In this document: piece by piece, positions 1 to 10,315 of the stretch
Layout of the letters: every line of letters starts with the position of its first letter
Position numbering within the stretch: the first letter of the stretch is position 1
Source: Iphione sp. A-MEVVRFRX5
Taxonomy: Eukaryota
NCBI GenBank assembly: GCA_976226885.1
Contig: OZ320313.1
Coordinates: 164,300,001 to 164,364,000, forward strand
Direction: 5' to 3'
Length of the DNA: 64,000 nucleotides
The notes under the pieces: generated by a model
What the model saw: the letters and a program-made list of their open reading frames with translations, nothing else
Told to the model about the DNA's origin: nothing
Databases searched by the model: none
Program-made: the position numbers and the translations under genes

Positions 1-167
1 GCTAACCTAAGAAGTATCATTGTCTGTTAACAACTATTTACAATCAAAAGGTGACTCTCACTATGACACTGTATATATACCCTTAAAATGAAATTGCGTG
101 ACATTGGGCACAGACCCTTCTGAAAATCAGCCATCATAGGCTGATGATGGTGTTCTGTATGAAAGCG

Positions 168-198
168 AAATAAAAAAATAAAAAAAAAAAAAAAAAAA
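168..198 (+). repeat. Poly(A) tract with AATAAA, possible 3' tail of a retroposed element
   Basis: gaaataaaaaaataaaaaaaa..., preceded by a 7-bp stem-loop (atcagcc/ggctgat). No TSD identified. Confidence 0.35.
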
Positions 199-1156
199 TC
201 TTCCCTTCCTAAACTAAAAAGTCCACAACAAGAAACTCCTCCCTCCCCAGTTGAGGAGGTTTGGTGACCTGCTTATATACATTGCCTGCTCCTCCCTAAA
301 AGAATCGCTGAACCAGCAGATGCATCATAAGCTCTGACTTTGACAGGTAACCTCTTGAAATATATGAAGACTTTTAGTACATTGTTTCCAATAAAAATAC
401 ATAATAAAAAGTGATAACTGTGTTCGTCTGAAGCAAATCTTCGAGTCACACTATTGAAACCAAAAAGGCTAGGACAGGTACATAATTCATAATTTATATA
501 TGGCTGATTGCACACCCACATTTGTACCATGACATTTTACCAAAAAAATGAAGAAGCTACTTCAAGTACCAGGTGTAGTGTAATGTTGTGTCATAGGTTC
601 CATTATTGCAGTTTTAGTTTCAATTTACCCCTTAATCCGTATTGCAAGTTGCCCCACTTAAGTAAAACAGAATTGTAGTGCAATCACTTTATGTTATGGT
701 GTCCAAGAAAATATGCCCTCTCTTTTGGGTTCTCCATCCTTCTTCTCACTTATCAGCAAATTGCTTATTTAACTACCTTATATAAAAAGGCATCGTCTCG
801 GAAATCCGGTTCAACCTGAGTGCATTCTGGGAGATGCACCGTGAAAAAGCCAATTCAAAATGGCGGAACTGTGTCGATTCGATTTTTGCTCACTAAAATT
901 GGGAGAGATTAGACCATTTTAGATACTGATTTTAACATATTAAGGGCTTTCTCCCCGAATTTCGTTCCATAAAGCATTATTTTTAGGGTTTTCGTCTATA
1001 AATTTGGATTCGATAACGCTATGCGTAACATCCCGAACTCCTCCTGGTACCCCTACCTTGATTTCGTGCAAACTTAAGGTATGGGAACCAGGACGATTGT
1101 TATTTCCCATTCACGGCGAAGTTACGCTCTTCGTGAATATAATCAGATTTTAGCAG

Positions 1157-1311
1157 AAACTCAGGTAATTTCGGCCGAAATACCATCAAAACTCAGGTGA
1201 ATTTGTCCAAAAGTCGTCAAAACTCAGGCATAATTGTCTGAAAATCCGGAAAACTCAGGTGAATTCGTCCGAAAAGCGTCAAAACTAAGGTAATTTCGTC
1301 CGAAAATCTGT
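1157..1311. repeat. 31-bp tandem repeat, 5 copies (aaaactcaggtgaatttgtccgaaaagcgtc-like)
   Basis: Unit starts at 1157, 1188, 1219, 1250 and 1281. Confidence 0.9.
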
Positions 1312-2329
1312 ATGAAAAATCAAAAATCGTGCGAAGCACACTGGTTATTAGAATAAAACGGGCTCAGTACGTGTATCCTGTCATCAAAATCTGGCGAAGT
1401 CCACATGTAGCATTCAAACGCCCTAAACTTCCTGATACTTAGGTCCACCACAAACATCGAGCACTCATAAGCCACCTGAACATCCACACTTGGTATCTCC
1501 TCCTCTACTCCACACGCCAAACAGACCCTTCCCATGTAAGCAAGCATATTACGCTACATTTCTGCATCGTATAAAATAAATCACCCTCGAAGCAATTGGA
1601 GGCATAATACATTCAGACACCCTAAATGTTGAGAGTGATTATCATTCTCTGACTACATTGCAGCAGAGAAAGTCAGTTAAGCACTTATCACCATACAGAT
1701 CGGTACAGTAACAATTACTGCTTTCAAAAGAAATGTTAAACCCTAGTTATTTAACTCACCACATGAAGAGAATTTTTTAATATTTCTGCAGAAACATATA
1801 TACGTATAGACTATAGTGTTGGTGGTCTCCTTCGCATGTTGCGAATCTTCTGTCATGCCAGAGGGGAGGGCTACATAACCCTCAATCATTTCAGCATGAT
1901 CAAATCTGGTCTGCTGGCTTGTTGTTGCCTCACATACTAATTTAACCGCATATCTACATGCGCTGATAAGGTATTCAAAAAGAAACACAGACGATCTAGG
2001 TCGCAAATATAGACATATAATGTAATAGGTAAAGGGTTTAGGCCGGTGCTATCCGATTATCCAGTAACCAAAATAATGTTTGGCTGGTTCACCAGAGGGT
2101 TTAGACGCTTGCTGCAACCCCCGCCCGCGCTCCGCATCCCGTCATCAGACGAGAGGATGAACATGTCGCGATTAAAACGACTCACAATCGATGAGCCAAA
2201 ACAAGATACCATTTAGGGGACCATTCTATCATAGCCTCTCAGCTATAAGTCTGTCCTCTGTCACTGACACTATCTCATTCTTAAATCTGTACCACTGTCA
2301 GTCAGGCTTCTGAAGGTACATGTACTTAC

Positions 2330-2408
2330 CCCAACTGTCATCGTTAGTAATTTCCTCGCGGTTCGTCGTTGTAACGACAAAACTTTCGTCATCTGATATC
2401 CCAAATGT
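2330..2408 (-). CDS. SMCHD1: SMCHD1 orthologue, coding exon 2; later exons lie left of the window
   Basis: ttcttcttccAG acceptor, TFGISDDESFVVTTTNREEITNDDSW+G, GTAAGT donor (phase 1). Closely matches recalled human [26 protein letters not shown]. No exon-3-like sequence (HYDTLVKSGMYEYY) found in 1-2329. Confidence 0.9.
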
Positions 2409-2594
2409 CTGGAAGAAGAAAGCAGGAAGGAAAAATCATACAGACGGAGCTAGAAATCTGCATCAGGTGAACGTATAACCGGCAGAGTGCACATGTGAAT
2501 GTTGTTTTGCCTTCACCTCGTCGTGTTTGGCTCGTACTGGCGCATGACAAGATGGGGACGGTGCCGCTTCAAAACAAAGAAATTTCAAGCCTAC

Positions 2595-2759
2595 CTGCCG
2601 GGCTAGCGTCAAGAACTGGCCAAATTCAGTAAGACCAGTCGTTTTCAATTTCCTCTCGGGGTCACATCCTCGCCGCCGATCGTATACGAACACGTATGTT
2701 GGCTCTCCGTCGCCGTTTTCGGGCGGCCTCATCCCCACATGTTCCATGGAAGACGCCAT
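2595..2759 (-). CDS. SMCHD1: SMCHD1 orthologue, coding exon 1 (55 aa)
   Basis: AAAATGGCG start; MASSMEHVGMRPPENGDGEPTYVFVYDRRRGCDPERKLKTTGLTEFGQFLTLARQ then GTAGGC donor (phase 0). Resembles the recalled human SMCHD1 N-terminus (..RTVYLFDRR..YAGFRACVCQ), with the intron after the equivalent Gln. Confidence 0.85.
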
Positions 2760-2960
2760 TTTGGCAACAAACCCTGGACAGAATGCCCGTATGTTGGGGA
2801 AGCTGGGAGACGGTCGGCGACAGACAGTGAGGGTGGGAGGGGGGCCCGACAGAGCCGAAGCGACCAGCCCTGCGCCGTGGGATGGAGGCAGCATCTTCTG
2901 ATGTGGTTTGCCCGCCATGCTGAGGTTAACCTTTCCGCTTTCCATACAACAGAGAAAATA
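2754..2960 (-). promoter_or_regulatory. GC-rich SMCHD1 promoter/5' UTR with YY1-type motif (AAAATGGCG) overlapping the start codon
   Basis: CpG-rich stretch directly 5' of the ATG; YY1 consensus at 2754-2762. Confidence 0.5.
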
Positions 2961-3165
2961 GACCACCAAACATTGGCTGAGATGTATGCACAGAGTTATT
3001 AGGGCAGTTAACGGCCACACTTATAGTCATACACTCATACTCATAGTGGTTAGGACCAATTGGAGAAAATGGTATATCTGTTAAAGATATGTTTTCAAAG
3101 CAATATTCTAAATACAATGTACTCACAGTAAACTATTATTCCTCGTTTATAATACATTGCCTTAG

Positions 3166-3335
3166 CAGGCCCGTAGCCAGGAAGTTTTGTGTGGGCTATC
3201 AGATGATAGGCCTACCCGTGATACCACAGGGGTGGAGCTTTTTTCTTTTTTTTTTATCCCCATAAGAGCCAATAGTTATTAATTGCTCTGGGGGTACCGT
3301 CCGATACCCCCGATACCCCCTTGGCTACGGGCATG
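3166..3335. mobile_element. MITE, unclassified DNA transposon with apparent 5-bp TSD (cttag)
   Basis: TIRs caggcccgtagcca / tggctacgggcatg; cttag on both flanks; related copy in opposite orientation at 43124-43408. Confidence 0.75.
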
Positions 3336-4312
3336 CTTAGAGGCTGTTTTTCATCTCAAAGACTCACTGATGGGTAAACAATTCAGATCTAGCATTCATG
3401 GATTGAAAAATTACATCAGGTATACCTGTATATTAATGCAAGGTTATTACCTGCACTATGAGTCAAAGTCTGGATTGGTGAGTACAATGTGTTTTTTTTG
3501 TTTCTGCCCACCCTTAATTCTCACTATAGGCTCTGAGTTCATTGCTCCCTGGGGGCCCCCATGGTATTATAATGCGCACCCTTTCCCTTGCAGGTTAGTT
3601 CCCCATCGCAAATATAAAAGGCCTTTTCCTGCCGTCCCATCCCTCAAAAATACAAAACCACACGTTTGACGAGTACGAAGGTAAGGAAAATGTATCTTTT
3701 TGTCTGGAGTACATAATGGCTGCGCCCATAAGAATTCTTGCCATGTCATTTGCGTCCCAGAATCGAATAAGAACCCAATTCATTTGCACCCTAAACCAAT
3801 TAGGGCTGATCACCATGGCAACACGGTGCCGGCTTCCGTGGGATTCTGCTCCTACATTTAGACATTTGCATCCCAAACCGACGCTTTGCCAGGAAAGGAA
3901 TGTGCATTTAAAATAATCACGTAATTTACCCGAGGATATTACATCGATTTTACAACTGCAGTCTAATATAACGCGGAGATACAGAGAGAGGGGTTCAAGT
4001 GGAACGATTATGAGAAAACGTTACTTTAAAATATTTGTGTATGTAACCCTGACGCCAACTTTTCTCGAATATATTTATGTTTATATTTGTATGCACGTAT
4101 ATGCATCAGCGGTGAGATCTACGAAGATTTCTCTTTTTTATCACCACGAATTGGTATAGTTTGAGCAGCAATCACTGTTATTATCCGACTTGACAATCTA
4201 TCATATTTACAATAATAATACATGTTTGCAATTCTGTTTCTATCTCTTTGTAAGAAGTAGATTTCTTATTTCCAGTGGCGGCAGATGGATTCACATCTAT
4301 TAATAGAATTAA

Positions 4313-5387
4313 CCCCTTAACGACCGGGAAAAATCATGTTTTAGGCTCTGGGAATAGAAGTAGAAGATTATCTGTGTTCCTAAAAGAAGTATACAGATAG
4401 AATTGATATCAAATCATACATCATTGTAAACCTTGGGAATTGTACTTTGATTAAGCATCAATTTTGTTCCTATAATTTAGTTGCCATGGTAACAGGATAG
4501 CCCTGGGTATAGGCCATTTTTTCTGAAAAAATGAGAAATTTCCACTTTTTTACATTATATGCCAAGAAAGAGTTATAAATATTGGTTTTAGAGAAAAACT
4601 TACTATTGAGCAAATGTTTAGGAAGTGATTTGCAATCTTTTGATACCTCATTTTTTACTTTCTATAAATCCAATACATTGTATCATGATCTGCCATTTTG
4701 TATCTATCATGCAAAAAATGTAAAATCCTATGCATCAGCTGCATCATTGATATTGCATCAGCAGTCTTTGGCGTTACCATGGTAACATATTCAATAATTG
4801 ATGAATCATATCAATTAGATCTAAATGCTCATTAGTCAGTCTAACCCTTTATATGTAATTTTGGTAGGAAACATAACATCCCCTAAAGAGATTTGGCAAA
4901 TATAATGTGTGTGCCTATTGCAAAACACTATGTAATGCATCACATCATATATATGCCCATTGCCAGTGGAATGCAACTGACATTTATCTGTTGTATTCTA
5001 TCTAATTGAATAAAGAAGAGGACAAACTATGAAAAAGTTGCTCAAAATCAAACATGAACTCAAATTCTATGATATGATATAAAAATATATTGCAATTCTA
5101 CTCATTACTTGAACTGTAAAAGAGTTTGCTTTCATCATAATACATATGTATAGTGATAAAAATAGCTGCTGACTGTAATTTATGCAAATGAGGTAAGTCA
5201 TGTGATCAGTTTTAAATGCTTTCCTTTTAAAACAGTGCATTTGTTCATAAAATCTAAGAAGAATACCATATTTTTGTTTTATTGTGACAGAAATAGAGGA
5301 AATATCCTTAAAATTCATGTTTTGAAATCATCACAAAGTTGCATCGGACAAAAATGTCCGATTTTACCATTGTTGGTCGTTAAAGGG
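4313..5387. mobile_element. Non-autonomous piggyBac-type element (MITE)
   Basis: TTAA on both sides (4309-12, 5388-91); 13-bp TIR ccccttaacgacc / ggtcgttaaaggg (1 mismatch); AT-rich interior with no transposase ORF. Confidence 0.85.
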
Positions 5388-5689
5388 TTAAAGCTATACG
5401 TAAGTTTTCAACAGCTTTCCTAATGCTGATCTAACGTTGCACCGCAATGATGTTGGGGCAACGATGGACAAAAGCTGCCTTTCTGTTGGACCAACATCAA
5501 CCCCAGCATTCGTCCAATGTTTGACCAATGTTTCGCTGTTTGCTGGAGTTTTTTAACAGATGAATCGGGAAATGAGAATGAGTTTATTTTCTTTTTTAGG
5601 AGATATTACGTGGCACGTGGGCCAACTGTCTCCGGTGCAACCATGCAAGAGATGAATAACACGAGCGCGAAATCTAACAGTTCGGAAGT

Positions 5690-5791
5690 CTTCCGCTAGG
5701 GGGATTCAGCAGGTGCTCGCGTGCGCTCTCCCCAGTAGGTGGCGCTACGAGCAGAAGCGGAAGTTCGCCTTTCACCCAGCAGGTCATCAAC
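5690..5791 (+). promoter_or_regulatory. Upstream promoter of the PDZ-PH gene (CTCF-like site 5732-5746, ETS-like GCGGAAGT 5757-5764)
   Basis: CpG-rich patch, CCAGTAGGTGGCGCT, followed by a GC-rich exon with a perfect GTGAGT donor at 5843. Confidence 0.55.
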
Positions 5792-5955
5792 ATGATCGCT
5801 GCGGCGGCGGCGGCGAGGAGGAGCAGTCCGTGCCGAGCCGATGTGAGTGAGGTGGCCGCGGCCTTCTTTGTGCTGGATTTTTACAATGTCTGCGACCGTT
5901 CTGTTTTACCACAGGAGAATGGCATACACGGCCGCTTGCAATATGTGCTCATGAG
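5792..5955 (+). other. Putative 5' leader exons of the PDZ-PH gene (..5842 and 5915-5955) carrying an upstream ORF
   Basis: Donor GTGAGT 5843; acceptor ttctgttttaccacAG 5914; donor GTAAGG 5956; next acceptor ctctccgtcgtacAG 8765. Confidence 0.45.
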
Positions 5956-6923
5956 GTAAGGGTTCCCCCGAGAGTCTGGAATATTTTGTGGTGAAAATAT
6001 GATAAATTCTGTCGATATTTACGTTGCGGTTCCACTGGCAGTGACAACTGTGACAGGAACATGATGGGGCCAGTTGGGTGCATTCGAGCAGATCTGTCCA
6101 AGTCTTTATGAACGATATTTCATTTGCAGGAAAGGTAGCGCTGTTTACCGTGTATTTGTAGTGCCAAACCGACTTCTATGCTGTAACTGCGATTAAGGCA
6201 TGGCTAAGACGACTAACACTGCCATATTCCTGTTCGATTTGCATGTATCATATGTACGTTTTCGGCATGCGATAACGACGTGATGCGCCATTGGCAGTTG
6301 TAGTTCTAGTATTAGTAGTACTCATTTCTGTGTCGTGTCACTCCCAGAACTGGAATATGGTCCCGTGCCGTTTAATTATTGAAGAGTATCTATAGTGACG
6401 AGGTGGACATGCCCGCCTCATGTTACTGCAATGCTGAATAGTGTACATAACCTGTAATCCATATGTACATTTCTGCTGACTCCAGTTGATCAAGTATGCA
6501 CAATCGAGTACATGTATCAGGTACATAGCCTAGGCGACACATTATACGTCTTTAATGAGAATGCAACGCTTGATAGATCTAGAAGGTTCTGTGAGAACAC
6601 TAAATAAAACACGAGATGGACCAGTGGATCTTGGTATTTGGATATCATGTAAACCTACACACATTCATATGCAGGACGTCGCTGATTCTCATTTCGTTTA
6701 CTTGATAATAACTTTGGTGTGTACTGATCTGTAAGTGTAAATCACAGGGAGAAATCGAAAATAGATTCTTTCTGACTAGACTGAACAAAACTCAGAAAAC
6801 TTACATATAGAAGAGTTACATTCAGACATGATTATTTAAACGATGCGTTGAATAAAATATTGTGCACTTGAAGTTAAACAGTGATTTTGTCACTGCAAAG
6901 GAAACATCTACTTTTCCCCCAAG

Positions 6924-7435
6924 CCGGTTCCATCACTCACATGAAAAAGTGGACGCACCTGATCATTCCCCCAAAAAAATTTAAACCCCCCTATTCAAGA
7001 ATTTTGAGAGCAATTTAACCCCCTATTTGCATGAAAACATGAATTTTTGGCCCTTAAAATACACCATTTTTTTCATTTAAAACCTCATCATTTACACAGA
7101 GTTGGATGGAATTCCTTCTGATCTGCACAAAAAACTTACCATTTACACAGATTTGGGCGGAATTCCTTCTGATCAATGAAAAAAAAAACTTGCCATTCAC
7201 ACAGATTTGGGTGGAATTCCTTCCGATCAGTGCAAAAACTCATCATTTACACAGATTCGAGCAGAATTCCTCCTTATCAGTGCAAAAAAACTCACTATTT
7301 ACACAGATTTTGGGCCTTAAAATAACCCCCTTTTAAAGATTCCAAGTAACACGTTTAGACTTGAACATGACCCCAATTTTCACGAAAAATGGAACTATCA
7401 TGTGGTCCCTTTTAGCCTTAAGTGTGGGGGACCGG
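6924..7435. mobile_element. Probable MITE with internal ~50-bp tandem array (7089-7310, about 4.5 copies)
   Basis: Imperfect terminal inverted repeats starting ccgg; repeat unit catttacacagatttgggcggaattccttctgatc...aaaact. Confidence 0.5.
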
Positions 7436-8835
7436 GTCCCCCAACAGGTGTGAATCCAGAAATGGGACTTCAGAAATGGCAGAGGAGGGATAACAATTCT
7501 TGAAATAATGTGCTGGCATGCCTATACTCCTTGTAATTTTTTATTCTCACATTAAAATAAATTAAGAAAACAATACTCCGTGCATCATTTAAAAAGAATT
7601 TCTTAATGTTTATCCCCAATCAAAAATTCAGGTAGTTAAAAGGCGAGCCTATGCCATATTACATTAAATGTCACGTAAGGTACATTATACACACTAGTAT
7701 ACCCGATGTGTATCTTTTCATGGTATGAGAGTTGAAATTCAACTTCAGTCAGAGTTAGCGCACTTGTATGTTATTTACAATGCTTCAAAGGTCGCTATGA
7801 ACAGAAAATTGGTAAGTTTTGAAATTAACTGTGAATTTCCTTCTCATGAAGACTACTTCAAAAAATGTTCGCTCACACTAACTAGGTTTGATTTGAATTT
7901 GTCAGTAGATGTATTTGCATACAGTATACGCCACGCCTAGCTATAAGCGGGGAAACTATTTGATAAGGTAGTAGAGTACATAATTGTTGATAAATAGAAG
8001 ATAATGGGGCCTACGCTTGGTCCCGTCTTGAGGGAAGCTGGTTCACATAACAGACTGATAAGCACTACCATCTGTGTATTTACATATGTCCAAAAGAAAA
8101 ATGCAGTGTTTGTAAATATATTGAAAGGTACAGATGGCTGTTACTACAGTCCGCATTCTTAAAAACTTGTACATTGATACCTGTAGTGCCCATTCACTTT
8201 GAACAGCTTTATCAGCTGTGATAGTGATGTAGGCTTATACTGATGTATGAGGATCTTGACGACTACGGGTCGTTTGACCCGTTATCAGTACATGTATATC
8301 TGTTATGGCGGTTCTGGTAAGAGGCCCGCCTACTGAGTGACATGAGAGATTGGCCTTGAATTAGCTTCTGTCAAAATAAACAACCCATGAGTGTTAGGAT
8401 AAACCACACCTCGATAGTGATACTGATCTCTTGTTCGTCGTTCTCTGTCTGTCTGTGTGCGCGTGTGCGTGTGCAGAATATTGATAGTTTAGAGGCATTA
8501 GATACAAAAGACTGTCTATATTGAATGGAATATTTTATGTGGCTACATTACTTTTATATCGCCGTGAATTAGGTTTGTTCTTGTCTTTTTATAATACCTG
8601 AAGCAAATTGAAGTCATTCCATGAAATAGGAAGTACATCTGTGGTTTTTCCCCAGGCCACTACTTTCGGAAGAAGTCGGACTTCAGTGTAGGTTATCATC
8701 ATGTAATCGGTGCCGGTCCGTTCGTAATTTCAGTTATGGTTTTTTCTTATCTCTCCGTCGTACAGATGATCACGTCGCCAGCCACTCACATCAAGATTCC
8801 ACGCGGTCTCTCTTGGCGCGGGAGGTGACGTCATC

Positions 8836-10315
8836 ATGGGAACGGAAGTGGAGTCGCCCAACTCGAACCAACGCGTCTCCCAGATCATCAGCGAGAGTTT
8901 CCTCTTCCTCGAGGAGGAAACCGACGCTACTGGCGCCACCAACGGCAACGGATGCGCCCTTCCGGTGGGCAGGAACATCGACGCGACGACCATCGAGAGA
9001 GACGCTAACAATGATAGTTTGTCCTCAACACCGACGGGGAACAATGACGTCACGTCATTGCTGGTGTCCCCCAGTGCAGCAGCAAATGGCAACGTGGCGA
9101 CTTCGGGTTCGGCAGAGGTACTGAGAAAGCAGACGACATCGAGTAGCGCGTCCTCCGATGTCAAGGACGTTCCGGTCGGGGACAGTCTCGCCGTCAGCAA
9201 TGAAATCTCCGAATCGTCAAGCAGTGAAAACATGCCGGATACTGGCAGCTGTAATCGTATGGGAGGGGACAATACCAGTCCAGACGGCAGTCGCTTCGAT
9301 TTCAGAGATTCAGCAAACTTAGCTGATAAGTCAGCCGTGTCGGCAGTACGGGTGAATGCCCACTCAGGCGTAGCATCTGATGTAGTCAGTATTAGTCATG
9401 CACCAGTCTGTGATAGCCGTAGCGAATTGCGTGCTGCCAAGAGTGCGACGGCAACACGAAGCGAGGGGGCAGACCAAGCCGCGATAGACTCAGGGGCATC
9501 ATGGACGCCGCCAGCACAGGAAAGTACGCAAGGGTCAAGGCCCTCCAAAGGTCACGGAGCGGAGGAAGATTACGAGCGACGACTCAAGGAGCAGGCCCGC
9601 GCGATCGTCGGCAAAGTCCTCAACTGCAACAGTTTGCGGGAAGCGCTGAAGAAGAACAGGACGTGGTGCAAGAACCGCCGCTTGTGGCGCCTCCCGGAGG
9701 CCGTAGCCGACAAACAACCAGCTGTGACAGCACGGGAGGGGAAGGACGTCGTGGCGTCCGACCACAAAGCGGAGGTAAAGAATGAGAGTAAACGTTCCTC
9801 ACTCGGACACCACCAAGACGCTGTTAGACGATCGCAGCGAGAGGATTTGAATCTCAATGGAAGTATGACTTTCACTAACGACACTCCGAAGAATTCAGGC
9901 CAAGAACAAGACAAGGCAGAGGCGCCAAGGTCACCAAGCTTAGACCCGGCTTTGGGGGCCGCGGCCGCTGCCGCCGTTCCTTTCTCATCTCTCACCCAGG
10001 AGAGTTCTACTGATCCGGATTCGGAAGTAACCGCCGCCACTGGCGCCGCGTCGGCCCTGGCGACATCGGCCGCGTCGGCACCGGTGGTGATGCGGCGGAA
10101 GAAGGCGTCGGGTGCGGCGGCGAGACAGGAAGCGGTACAAGACGGCGACGATTCGGCCGCCTCGTCCCCAGGCCAGTCGCCGGCGTCGGTGCGGCGGCAT
10201 GTGCTGCGGTCGCCTGTGCTGCGCCTGAAGCAGGAATGGAACAGCGTGGAGATCGGCAGCGACTCGGACTCGAGCCCGCGAGGCAGCGAGGACTCGGACG
10301 ACGACGAGGACGGCG
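8836..10315 (+). CDS. PDZPH1: PDZPH1-like exon: Ser/Ala/acidic low-complexity N-terminal region (493 aa)
   Basis: Long ORF, in-frame TGA upstream at 8767, donor G|GTAAGG (phase 1). Confidence 0.8.

Noticed and set aside
95-170. CTGATGA...GAAA hammerhead-like core / SECIS-like hairpin before the poly(A)
   Set aside because: No stem II can form between CTGATGA and either GAAA; the RTGA-to-AAA spacing is too long for a SECIS helix II.
2463-3020. 185-aa minus-strand ORF as one protein
   Set aside because: Only codons 88-142 are the SMCHD1 exon; the rest is promoter and intron read-through.
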